Origin: Lytechinus pictus
Taxonomy: Eukaryota
Direction of reading: 5' to 3'
Length of the DNA: 64,000 nt
Assembly (NCBI RefSeq): GCF_037042905.1
Contig: NC_087252.1
Coordinates: 13,704,001 to 13,768,000 of the forward strand
The first letter of the stretch is position 1, and every line of letters begins with the position of its first letter. Positions 1 to 12,067 of the stretch are shown in pieces. The position numbers and the translations under genes are program-made. The notes beneath the pieces were generated by a model. That model did not search any database. It was not told the DNA's origin and worked only from the letters and a program-made list of their open reading frames with translations.

Positions 1-573
1 GCAGTGACCAGCAATTCCCAGATCCAAATATATGTGATGCAGATTACAAATTGTGGTTAATGGATATCAATGTTATGGATGTTAACAAACTTGCATTTTT
101 CAAGCCAAAATCTCTCTGGTCACCAAGCACAATACACAAATGTGTTAAAATGGCCGTCCTTCCCTGTCATTGCTCAAACAAAATACATGTATAAAGAAAC
201 GATGCAATGTATATTTTAATTTTGATGCGAATTTGATGAGTTTGTTATGGACGGTAGTTACTGCCACAGAAAATAGCCATTGTCAGTTTGTTAACTTTTT
301 CATGCTAAAGTGTCACTGGCACCAAGCACATATATGGTGCAATTGATATCCATCCATAGTTAAAAAGTCATCTTACCCAAATCATTTTGAGGCAAAGATT
401 CTGAGGCTTCAGGCCAAAATATGGTGAGGAGTCAAGGACTAAGAATTGCGACATTTTTCTGAGAATGACACTTATGAAGCTATTGCCTCTCACCTTCACC
501 CGATCACTGTGGCTATTGATTTGATTTGTTTTGTTTGGTGGCACATTTCCTCATTTCATTTTGCATGACACAG

Positions 574-695
574 GAAGGGGCGGAGCTTGAAATCGTTGAT
601 CACCGAGGCTGGACCGCTCTATTTTACGCCACCTACAATGGCCATCAGAGTATGGTTCAGTTTCTGCTTGAAAATGGCGCACAGCCCAATGCTAG
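574..695 (+). CDS. ANKS3: ANKS3 internal exon (ankyrin repeat)
   Basis: cag| acceptor and |gtgtgt donor; EGAELEIVDHRGWTALFYATYNGHQSMVQFLLENGAQPNA is a canonical ankyrin repeat; ends phase 2. Upstream exons lie outside the window. Confidence 0.9.
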
Positions 696-959
696 GTGTG
701 TTTTGAAAGTCAAACAAATTATAAATATTGCCAGTTTGGTATTTTCTTCACATTTACAGTTTTGTTTGGAATCCAAGAAATAATTCTATTTCATTTTCAA
801 GAACGGGTGTATATGGAGGGATTTTTTCTTTTGCTTTTATGATGGATTTGAATCGTTAGAAGTGATCTGTAGCAATTTCTGCACAAGATACAAGCTTGTT
901 GAAGCACTAGTAACAATTCAATCAAACTTACCAACAACAACAACAATATCGATCATTAA

Positions 960-1363
960 AGACACCGCACACCTTACGATTAGTCTGCAATCCGATTTTG
1001 GAATAAAAACATAGTATAATCGGAAGCTAATGTTGAGACATGAAATATCTTACTGTGTAATGGTCGAAATCATCGTACGAATACCTATTTTCAAATTTGT
1101 GACTATGCTATCATCCTTTTTAGAATAAAGTGAATTATGACATCATAGCAGTCGTACGATTGGCTATGTTTTGAAACTAATTTGGCCTTTACTCCAAAAT
1201 TAAGGCTTGCAATCATTCAAATTGATATATTACGGTAGTATTCTTTCAGTTAATTTGATCCTCAAATAAAAATATACTTTTCATTCACATTTTCAAAAAA
1301 TGAGCAAAATGCGATTTGTTCCAAATTCGGAACGTGGACCATTCGTTAGGTGTGTGGTGGCCT
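960..1363. mobile_element. MITE / non-autonomous DNA transposon (possibly PIF/Harbinger-like)
   Basis: Imperfect TIRs: agacaccgcacaccttacga at the left, reverse complement of ttcgttaggtgtgtggtggcct at the right; TAA/AAA flanks. Confidence 0.5.
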
Positions 1364-2196
1364 AAAGATATCCACATTTGTACTACCTGGACCTGTAAAA
1401 CTATAGTTTATGCATTTTTTTGGGGGGGAAGTTGTCAGATTTGTTCATTATCCACATGCACACACTGCATTCCACACTTCTCATGGCTATTTTAATGTAA
1501 TAGGAGTAACATGTAACATGCACACACACAGAAAAGAAAACTTGTGCAGATTGCCATTCCATCATTTTTGCTTATCCGTGTGCATGTACCATTCTCAGTT
1601 GTAGCTTCTATTACATGTATTATCTATTCTATTACATGTAGTATCACTTGAGATGTTCATTCAACCGATGTTGCTTTTCTTACTGTGCTCAGTTTTCATT
1701 AATTTGCATTTTTCAAACCCATACTGGCTTTCATTTGCTTGCTTCTGAGTGTGAGTTCTATTATTTTGCTGTATCTGAGGCTCGACACATTCACATTACC
1801 TAGGTTAATCTAGGTTACATCTATTTTTGGGACAATATGTAAAGTGTAGGTCAAAGCTGCACCGAAGTATAGTTTTGCTTTAGATTAGACCAAAAAATTG
1901 ATTAATACACCCAGGGCTCGAATTAATTCAAGTGATGTATTCCAAGGTCATGGCCTCTGATGCCTGCCCTTCCACATATTTATAGAATTGGCCCAAATAT
2001 GCCCTTTTTTGCATGTGGCCCTGGTGCCATGTAAACCTAGCATCCCTTCCCTTTCCTGTATTAAAAAAAGGAATTGCCCCTTTGAATTAGACTTGCACAC
2101 CTTTTGATAATAATTATAATAATAATTTCAATAATAATAATTATTTCAGTTATCATTTTACATTTTTGATGGTAGAACTTGCACTTTTTTTTTCAG

Positions 2197-2278
2197 GGAA
2201 CCTTCCTTAGGGATCACACCCCTGATGATGGCCGCTGCTGAGGGCCATGAAATTATTGTCAATTTTTTACTTGGAACA
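2197..2278 (+). CDS. ANKS3: ANKS3 exon (ankyrin repeat)
   Basis: Polypyrimidine tract + ag, gtaagt donor; (R)EPSLGITPLMMAAAEGHEIIVNFLLGT; phase 2 to 0, consistent with neighbouring exons. Confidence 0.9.
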
Positions 2279-3166
2279 GTAAGTATAAAACCAATGACAA
2301 ATGAATTCAGCTGTTTTTTTATCTGTAGTCATTAGTTAAATTTTGATGAGTTAAATGTTTTTCTTCAATATTTTTATTTTCAAAAGTTTATTGCTACTGA
2401 ATTATCCAACTCAGCAAGACAAAGAATTTGAGTTTCTCTCTTAATACCTAGTTCTCAGTGTCACGATTCATGCCATAATTGAGATGGTTGTCTTAGTTGT
2501 GTAGAAATTGTAGTAATCATATCAGATCAGTTTTGGCGTTCATATTTATCATAGAAAAAAAATTGAATGGTTAAGTAATTTTTGCAGTCAGTTCCAAAAG
2601 GCACGGGAGGTAATGGCATTCGGTGAGAATGAGGTATTCGGAAGAGGGATGGCTACAAAATTAAATGTGGATTTTTTTATTGTGAACATGATTCAACCAT
2701 ACAGTGTAGGTGATTATTTAACCATGTTTACCATACTATGATAATAGATTGTTTTAGTTTTTTCTACAAGCCCCCATTGATAAAGAAAACTGATGGTGAA
2801 TGGGGAGAGGGGGGAAGGATTGCACCCATCATTTTCAAATCCCCCTTCCAAAGTTGTCCATGTTTTGCAGAGTGGTACTTCAATGAACAGTTTTTTTACA
2901 GTCATTCCCCATTGGTGCTGTCACCTGATGCATTATTACACTTTATGCCATCATATTAAATTCTGTTCAGTCATAATTTCCTCAAAGACTGCATGATCTA
3001 TATAGCAAGAAAAAAAAGGGGAAAATATCTCTGATGCCAAAGAAATTGGCATTTTTGTAGGCCAGTCAGTGTGGCATCCATGGCTATGGCCTCTGACGGG
3101 TTTGGATTGATTCAAGCAACTAATAGTTATTCTTGCTCTTTCTTTCCATCTTATTTATCATTACAG

Positions 3167-3302
3167 AAAGGTGTTGATATTGATTTGAAGAATCAAAGGG
3201 GTGATACAGCACGATCTCTTGCCCTCTTGAACGGCCATATGAAGATTGTGAGCTTGATTGATAACAGGAGTATGTCGCCCTCTAGTGTTCGATCAGCTCC
3301 AG
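3167..3302 (+). CDS. ANKS3: ANKS3 exon (last ankyrin repeat)
   Basis: ttacag| and |gttagt; KGVDIDLKNQRGDTARSLALLNGHMKIVSLID resembles the ANKS3 'TAR..A...GHMKIV' motif; phase 0 to 1. Confidence 0.9.
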
Positions 3303-3819
3303 GTTAGTTGGCATCACAGGTAGTTTAGGGAATGCGGAGAGTTTTATGGGAAAAATGTTTTGAAAGGATAAGTTTATAGCAGTTATTGAGTGATGGGGAT
3401 TTTGAGAAGGACTGAGGGAGCGATGATGATGATGGTTATCTGTGATGTGAAGCTGATGGAAAGGAAGAACTCTGGTGTTTTGATGCAGATGTAGGATTTT
3501 GAAAAGATGGTGGATCACTATTGTCATGTATTGAGGAGGGAAATCATGTTATGAGAAGGGTGCTTAGTTTGAGGTGGCTGTTCAGAGGGGCCACCGAAGA
3601 AGACCTGGAAGAAGCGAGTGGTGGAAGAGTGTAGGAGTGTTGGGTTGATAGAGTTTAAGTGGAGGGAGGGGGTGAGGGTGGACTCTGTGAGTGCAAGATG
3701 ATTCCATCCACCCCATAGTGCGGGACTAAACTAAATAGAAACCTGGATGACTGACTATTTGCTTCTTTGCAGAAAAAGTATTCAATTAAATTGTATTTTC
3801 TAAATACTTGTTTATCTAG

Positions 3820-4041
3820 GGCTTGGGGATGATTTGGATCTGAGTTCATCCGATGAGAACTTCCAGATGCCATCTTCCAGACCTTCTTTTCAACAACAAC
3901 ATCACCATCATCATCACCACCATTTGAAAGGTCGAGGTTCAAAGGCTAAAGGTCCCAGCATTCTTGATGGACCAGAAGCATTTGCAAAGATGTTGGGAGA
4001 GAAGAAAGCCAAACCACCGGATCTTCACAGCAAAGACCATT
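3820..4041 (+). CDS. ANKS3: ANKS3 exon (DLSSSDE segment, poly-His tract)
   Basis: ctag| and |gtgagt; DLSSSDE and GPSILDGPEAFAKM match motifs I recall from vertebrate ANKS3; phase 1 to 1. Confidence 0.88.
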
Positions 4042-5749
4042 GTGAGTTTAATCGGTTACAATCTGGCGTAGAGCATTTGATCTTGTAAATGATAGAGAGC
4101 TGGTAATTAACTCTTACTATGCCATGCCCAATACCCCTATAGTGCCAGGGATATTCGAGGGAATCCTAAATTGACCGAAACGTAAGCAGAGACCGATTTT
4201 AAAACGGTCATATCTCTTTACCCGTACGTTGTATAATGAAACCTTCTACATATGAAATGATGCATGGTTCATGAACTTTATGATCATGTTATGACCTTTC
4301 ATATTTGCAATCGGAAAAATTGAGAAAAGATGAAATATTTTACATAGTTTTTTTTCAATAAGTAAAACCTAGAAAATTATGGTTTCATGAACATTTCAAA
4401 GAGTAAATAACCTGAGTAATTGTAGAGATACCAAAAAATTAAGAGGATAAAATGAAAGTTCAATGTTTACCCTTTCAAATGACGTATCTACTGATGAAAT
4501 TGAACAAACAGAAATATGAAAAATAATGCTCTTTTTAATGAAATACTATTTTGCTATTCAAGTTATTTCCTCTGAAATGTGAGAGGGTTTATACACACGA
4601 AATTGAAACCGACCTTTCCAAAAAAGGGCATTGTCGTCGATCAAGTGACCAATCACAACACAGCTGCGATCCCCACGCAAACACACACAATAATATATTA
4701 GAGCCATGTATCTTCACAGTGCAGCCAACCGTACCCTTACATTCGTGTAGTCTTCAAAACAAGACCCTGTAATTTTTCAGAATGCGCGGTATTCCGAAGC
4801 AACCGATATGGGGGAAACAAAATTATTAGCGCAGTGTAAATTTTATGTCATTTCAATTCTTGTCAATATTGTCGTAATGCAAAACATGTTTGTAGAAAAA
4901 TCGTAACCTGGATACGATTTGTGGTGTGCGATGCACTCAACTATATACTGTTTTGGATAATGTAGGCGATTTCTATCCAGTGTCGGCAACAGACATTTGC
5001 GACCCACTCAACTATCGATCAAAAGCATGAATCAGTGTAAAGTTTGGCCATATTTTGTCAGGGTCGATTCGTCGTACATACTATACGGGCTTTCGTACTG
5101 TAACAAAGTTATTGCCAGTCAGAAGGAGACAAAATATAGAAAACTAAAGATGATATATTGAAATACAGATAAAGAGGGATCGGACAGATTCAATACTAAC
5201 GGGTTTGGGGTGTAAAATGCCACAAAATAATATGGGCGTTTTTGGCAAAGTACACAGAACTAATAAAAAATGTTTAAATTTTTCGTGAATCAAGAAGAGG
5301 AAATACAGATCAGTTACAAACTAAAAATAAATTCAATACAAATTTTCAAAAAGAAATTTTAGTTCTATTTGTTCTGTATTTGTTGTCTGACCCCCCCTCG
5401 CCTTACAAAAAAGTGAGGTCAGGTGGAAATGTTTATGTTGATTTTTAGCCCTTTTTGTGGTGACCAAGGTTGAATACAAAATTAAATGTATTTATTACAA
5501 AACATAATTCTAGCATAATATTCATACGTTATCATTATTACGTAAATAACTGATCTCACATCTCTCTCTCTCTCTTTCCATCTATCTATCTATCCATCTC
5601 TCGTAATCTCTGATCTCTCTCTCCTTTCTTTTTCATGCCGTGTTTTTTTTTTCACTTTTATTTTACTTTTATATCTTTGCATAGATTCTGTGCTTAAATG
5701 ATAAACGACAATTTACAGTGAGCTAATGAATTATAATGAGAGTAACAAA

Positions 5750-5750
<1 letters not shown>

Positions 5751-5802
<52 letters not shown>

Positions 5803-5813
5803 ACTACAACTAC
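5751..5813. repeat. (CTA)n microsatellite
   Basis: Direct reading of the tandem ctactacta run. Confidence 0.95.
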
Positions 5814-7297
5814 TTTTTACAGCAGTACAAAAACTGGGTGTCCTGGTCGGACAAATGAATCGCTTAAAATATTATGAACGTTGATATTTGTGAACACTCA
5901 TTTTTAAACTGTCAAAAAATGTTAAGGTTGATCCGTTTTGAAGTAAGAGACCCCCCCCCCCCCCCGGCTTCCAGGGTAACCAAAATTAAGATAAATATAA
6001 TGAATAATTACGCAATTAGAATTTTGTGATTACAGTCATTATAAGACTGGTATTCTGACAATTTACAGACTGTAATCTGTGCCAACTATGCATCTCGTAC
6101 ATGCCAAGGAATGGACAATACATGCCGGATATTCTTTTTCGTGTGGATAATATATATGAAAATATAATGGCAATTTTAGACAAGAAAAGGGCCCCATTGC
6201 ATATTATGTCTTTGAATAATTGATTATTTTCAAACTTTAGGCTTCATTCCGCAAGCGAGCAAAGTAGCCACCTGTCTGATAGCGACTGCATTTTTATTGT
6301 TCATGCCACCAAGTCATGAACAATAGATGCCCAGACTCCCTTTCACGAGGAATGTCTAATCCGCACTCCCTCCTGACCTATTATCGAGGAGAGCAATTTA
6401 GCACAGGATGTTCATAGAAATCGGGCCACGCGCGCGTCTTTTGATTTGACAATTGAATACTTTCAAAGGTTCCGATACGCACAATAGCTTTTCTCTCCGT
6501 TGAGATCAAGATTAAGATTCCTCCGTCTCTATCCCCAACACCTTCCATTGACTTATTGCCATTAAAGTACATAATTTTTATTCAAATATTTGTTTCGACT
6601 TTATACGTCAAATTTCATGTAACCTAAATGATGATGATGATAATGATGATGAAAGGGATGATGGTAAAGATGGCATGGATAATGTCGAGAATGAGAACAA
6701 GAAATCACGGGGAAACAGCACACCTTGTAGCTGAAGCCTATTTTGCATATTTAGAAATAAAGGATAAAGATAAGATTTAAGATTGAAGAAATGTATAGGC
6801 TATATAATCCTTGACAAATAAAAAATACAGGAAATTGAAAGATAAAAGATGGAACATAAATAACGAAGCAATGGGGTGTGAAGGTATAAATTACTAACAA
6901 TTTGGAGAAATTTAGATCTTTATAATTTGTTGAACCTTACGAATCTTTATTCAAATAATATGTTTGTAATGGATCATCTATCAGAAAAGTAAGATATTGC
7001 TTTCGATAATATCAGAAATTATATTTTCTACACCTCTTTATTTGTGATATTTATAATTACCCCGTCATTAAAAATATCAATCTAGTAAGGATTAATTTTA
7101 CTTCCCCTTCCCTGAAATAAAAAATTAAATGGACATTATTTGCTGTTCAAATGATATATAAGTGACACCACTAAATTTCTTTATACCGTGCATTGTCAAT
7201 ATTCATGCAGTAGGACTTATGCACAATCAACATACTCGATATGTTAGTACAATTTACATTTCCAATTATTAAATTTGCTTGATATATTATTTTTTTT

Positions 7298-8207
7298 CCA
7301 TTTAGTAGTAATCCAGTTTATGCTTCCCGATTTGCCATATGAGCTCAGCGTGTAGGGGAATATACCCATTATATTTTTGCTGGCAAAAAGGGAGAAACAA
7401 AATAAAGCGGAACATCGGAAGAAATTATGCATTGATTGATACAAATTATTTCTCGCTAATAAAACAAATGAGGAAGAATAAAAAAAAACGCATTACGCAA
7501 AATGCATGACATTCACAGAATTTTGTAAATAAAAGATTATGAAAAGTGCGTTTACTCGCTTGATTCGCTCACTCACACTTTTCTTTTTTTAATCTTCCTT
7601 ACACCCATCATATTTTTATTTCACCCTTGTCACATTGACAACAAATATTTTGTTGATGCTCAAAATAATATTTAGGTTTCTTACCGTAACCGATGCAAAT
7701 TTGATGCTTATTTTTTCCACCAAAATTGGTACGTAATTTGGTGTTGTTATCAAATTTTCCTGATCCATTTTTTTTTCATTTAGTAGTATATGATATCAGA
7801 TTTGACATATGAACTCAGCGTGTAGGGGAATTTACCCATCATCGTTTTGCTGGCAAAAAGGGAGAAACAAAAGAAAGCGGATCATCGGAAGAAATGATAC
7901 ATTGATTAATATAAATTATATCCCGCTAATAAAACAAATGAGGAAGAACGGGGGAAAAACGCATTGCGGAAAATGCATGACAATCACAGAATGTTGTAAA
8001 TAAAAGATAATGAAAAGTGCGTTTACTCGCTTGATTCGCTCACTCCCATTTTCTCTTTTTTTTCTTCCTTACACACATCATACTTTTTATTTCGCCCTTG
8101 CCACATTGACAATATACATTTTGCTAATGATCAAAATAATATTTAGGTTTCTTTCCGTAAATTTGATGTTTTTTTCACCGAACTTGGTACGTAATTTGGT
8201 GTTGTTA
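7298..8207. repeat. Diverged ~480-bp tandem duplication
   Basis: catttagtagta...cagcgtgtaggggaa...ttggtacgtaatttggtgttgtta occurs at ~7298-7749 and again at ~7777-8207 with scattered substitutions. Confidence 0.85.
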
Positions 8208-9582
8208 GATTTAGAAAACCGGCTTACAACCCTGTATGTGACGAAAAGGAGCAAAGGAGGAACATGAATAATAATTTTTTGTCGTAGAAGCTTTCACACT
8301 TCATCATGAGAATACTTTATATATATTATGTGACTCCCATGTTGATACAAACTGTCAAATGTGCATGCTTCATTTTTGTAGGCACTAGCGCCTCTCCATC
8401 ACACTCTTTCCCCTTCTGCAGTTCTGAACCTGACAGTTAAAAACAAAACGCATACTTTCTTTCTTGAGTATTATACTTCTTCCAGCAATAAAACAAAGGT
8501 CATTATTGAAATAAAATAAAAATATTGCTTCCGTTTGCACTGGCATAGTTGACAAACATACTTTTCTTAGGTGACATCAGATCATGTCGACCAGTTGCAT
8601 AAATCCGGTTCGACCAAGGTGTAGAAATGGGTGTTTATATTTTGTAGGTGTACACAAAATTCCTATCGCAAAGGTTATATTCGCGGCATCACGTGAGTAT
8701 GGTTATAATGAGCCATTTATGAATTCCATAATTCCAACGTATATGTGCTGAAGGCGGGAGGTCCTATTCTCAAAAATTAAGTATGCCACAATTTAATCTA
8801 TCAAAACGGTCATCAAAAAAGAAGGAGGAAAAAATGGAAGTGAATGAGAAACGGGTAAGATGTGATGTTATTTGCTCCATAATATGTCAAAATCTATACT
8901 ACAAAATGAGATTTTCATTTTATTTTATTCCTAGCTCACTCGGGACTTTGACAGGTGCCGTGTTGTGGCCTCTCATTTTGGGGTATCATTTCACCACTTG
9001 TATTATTTTACATATGTTGTCTACCCCCGTAACATATAGCCCTTGATGTGGGGGTGGCCCAAATTTTTAATTTTCAGCTAAATATATTGACGCTATAATG
9101 GTCACCCCCACTCCTCGGACCTGATTAACGCCACTGCAATGATTGTAACTTAAATGTTAAAGTTACATATTAATATAATATATAATATAATATAATTATG
9201 CCTTGTATTAAAAAAAATGATTAATAGACACAACCTCGTTTTAGTTACGTGTATTTATTTCTGTATTTAATGTGTGCATATGTTTTTATTGATAAGCTCA
9301 TATCGCACATGTAATAGTTTAGTTTTTCATGGAATTGTGGAAAATAAAATTTGAACTTTGAATTTCTGAATTATGATGGGTATCTGCAATAGGATGGAGA
9401 AGTTAACCCTGCTTCCTGCCTCAAAGGATTATCAACTGAAGATTTGGATGATTGATCTTGAGATAACTTTGTCACCTTACAACTTGAAATCAAACAATAG
9501 GATGTCGCTCTATTTGAAGTCCCCGCGGCGGTGTCAAACAATAGACCGGCTCAAACAATGCGTTAATTGACTGACGAAACGA

Positions 9583-9666
9583 CCAATCAAAAGGTACTCT
9601 CATTAACCTTATCTCTTATCAAAGCTCTATAAATAATTGGAGGTTTTATGAAGTTAGCCATTCACT
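9583..9666 (+). promoter_or_regulatory. Putative transposase core promoter (CCAAT, TATA, Inr)
   Basis: CCAAT 9583-9587, TATAAAT 9628-9634, pyrimidine-rich Inr-like CCATTCACT ~30 bp downstream, ATG at 9735. Confidence 0.55.
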
Positions 9667-9734
9667 ATTAGATCCTTATCAGAAATTATTCACGGAAGCT
9701 AACGATCGCATTATTTTATAACTGGATTATCGCA

Positions 9735-11600
9735 ATGGCTCCTCCGAGGAAACGGCGAAAGATAGACACTTTCACTGCAGATGAAGTTCGTGATATCCTA
9801 ATGGATTCAGATTGGGAGATCGAAGATCCACGGGATGATTCTGTCGACAGGTGGAGTGATGAAGAAGACATGAACACTTCAGATGATACCAATATCACGT
9901 TTCATGATGACCCTTCTCATCCTTCTGAAAACGAAGAAAATTCTGTGAATACTTCTGCAGATAATGTGCCTGGACCTACAGATGCACATCCTTCTGACGT
10001 TGATCAACCGGCAACAGGTCCTGCATTAGTTCAACAAACTGGCCCTAGTCTGACACGTACGACTCCAATATGGACAAGATTAGCTGAATGCGACAATTTT
10101 ACGCCTTCTAGAGCTCCAGTAGATGGACGAGCTCGCCTCAAATTTGACTTCACCGACTTCACACCTGTGGATTTTTTTTACCAGTTTTATCCACGCTCCA
10201 TATTTGAGCATATCACCGAGGAGACCAACCGCTATGCATCCCAGTTTTTCGACTGCCCAGATCCGGTTTTATCAGGTTCTCGTTATAATGCATGGAGTGA
10301 CACTGACGAAAGTGAGATGAGAGCTTTTACCGCATTGCAAATCGCAATGGGACTCGTAAAGAAACCAGCTGTTGCGAACTATTGGGAAACCATCAGCGGT
10401 GTATTGGCAACACCGGGATTTGGAGAGGTTATGCCAAGGAATAGGTTTCAATTGTTAAATGGTTTTCTCCACTTCAACAACAACGGACGCATCATCACCC
10501 GCGGAAATCCCGGATTCGACCCAATGTTCAAAACTAGACCTCTTATCGACAAATCGGTGCCACAATACATGGATTCCTACGAACCTAGTTGCCATCTGAG
10601 TGTGGATGAAAGCCTTGTGCCCTTCAAGGGGCGCCTAGCTTACAAGCAGTATATCCCAAACAAACCAAAGAAGTGGGGTATAAAGATGTGGGTTCTGTGT
10701 GACGCAGAGACTGGATTTTGTTTGAAGTGGCTTCCATATACAGGAGCAGAGATTGTTCCACGTGGAGCTTCGGACAGCATTAGCGAAAGGATTGTGAAAC
10801 GACTTGTGGAGCCATACTTTGGAACGGATCGCGCTGTCTACTGTGACAATTTCTACACATCGGTAGGACTTTTACAAGACCTTGCGGCCAAGGACATGGG
10901 TGTGTGCGGTACAGTGAGATCGAACAGACGAGGGCTTCCGGATGATGTGCGTAATGGCCAGCTGCATCTGAAGAAGGGCGATGATCCGGTATACTACCGA
11001 AGTAATGACGACATGCTTCTTGTCAGTTGGCATGATACCAAACGCGTCAATGTCCTGTCTACGATCGACGATAATACTGTTATAAAGAAGTCAGTGAGGA
11101 GTAGGCACCACCAAGGAGGAAGGCGGGAAATCAAGAAGCCATCAGCTGTGATCTCATACAATGCCTACATGAATGGAGTTGATAGGCTAGATCAACGTAT
11201 GTCGTATTGCAAGTTTCCCCACAAAAAAAGAAAGGCATACCGTGTGATATACCATTTCTTAATGGAAGTTGCTCTCGTAAATGCACAAATCTGCCACAAA
11301 TTAGCTAACCCAACCAGCAAGCTCACAACTAGAGAATTCAGGAGCAGCATAATCTCAGGACTTCTTTCCGGACATAATCCAACCCGCTACAGAAGACCCA
11401 GAGTGCCCCCTCCTGTCTCGGAGGCACGGCTCGAAGAAAAGCACTTCTTGGACGAGTATCCCCGGGGTCATAGGCGGGACTGCTTTGTGTGTTCCGTACG
11501 ACCTCACCGCAGAAAGACGACGAGCACATACTGCATTGAGTGCAACAAGGCCATGTGTATCAAATGTTTTAGGAGATATCACACTCTCAAGAATTACTAA
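9735..11600 (+). CDS. piggyBac-family DDD transposase (PGBD4-like), intact, 621 aa
   Basis: Catalytic motifs SVDESLVPFKGR, YCDNFYTS, NGVDRLDQ; KQYIPNKPKKWGIK; N-terminal basic NLS and acidic tract; C-terminal Cys-rich domain CFVC...CIEC...CIKCFRRYH; no stops or frameshifts; AATAAA at 12048. Confidence 0.95.
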   Translation: MAPPRKRRKIDTFTADEVRDILMDSDWEIEDPRDDSVDRWSDEEDMNTSDDTNITFHDDPSHPSENEENSVNTSADNVPGPTDAHPSDVDQPATGPALVQQTGPSLTRTTPIWTRLAECDNFTPSRAPVDGRARLKFDFTDFTPVDFFYQFYPRSIFEHITEETNRYASQFFDCPDPVLSGSRYNAWSDTDESEMRAFTALQIAMGLVKKPAVANYWETISGVLATPGFGEVMPRNRFQLLNGFLHFNNNGRIITRGNPGFDPMFKTRPLIDKSVPQYMDSYEPSCHLSVDESLVPFKGRLAYKQYIPNKPKKWGIKMWVLCDAETGFCLKWLPYTGAEIVPRGASDSISERIVKRLVEPYFGTDRAVYCDNFYTSVGLLQDLAAKDMGVCGTVRSNRRGLPDDVRNGQLHLKKGDDPVYYRSNDDMLLVSWHDTKRVNVLSTIDDNTVIKKSVRSRHHQGGRREIKKPSAVISYNAYMNGVDRLDQRMSYCKFPHKKRKAYRVIYHFLMEVALVNAQICHKLANPTSKLTTREFRSSIISGLLSGHNPTRYRRPRVPPPVSEARLEEKHFLDEYPRGHRRDCFVCSVRPHRRKTTSTYCIECNKAMCIKCFRRYHTLKNY

Positions 11601-12067
11601 GAGATAACTGTCAAGCTCTGTTGAAATCATCGGAGAATTAATGAATTTTGCGATATGTGAATGGATTCAAAATTTCTGAAGCAATCTTCATGCAACTGTA
11701 ATTAACAGGGGAATTTTGCTCAATGGGTTGAACTGGACAACATATTGCATCGTGAATTTTCATTTAGTATATCAATTTGTTATATATGTAATCGATACTT
11801 TTCATTATTGACATTTTTTATTATATCCTGTGAATACAATTCGATGCATTTCAATACGAAATATACATTCATTTCTAATTTATGGAGTATTTGATACCCT
11901 GCAATATTTCCTCATTGCTTTGAAGCTTTGTATCTATTGTTATGCATAACAGTCTGTTCAATCTGATGAAATAATGTATATGAGGTACATATTTGAAAAT
12001 TTGATATGCAATTAGGCAGAAAATTAAATGAATATCATTCTGGATTAAATAAAATATACACCTTTCA

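Noticed and set aside
9403..9420. TTAA-CCCT just upstream of the transposase as the element's left end (pairing with 14076)
   Set aside because: Only CCCT matches; the rest of the 13 bp does not. The 4111/15323 pair matches 10/13 with TTAA on both sides.
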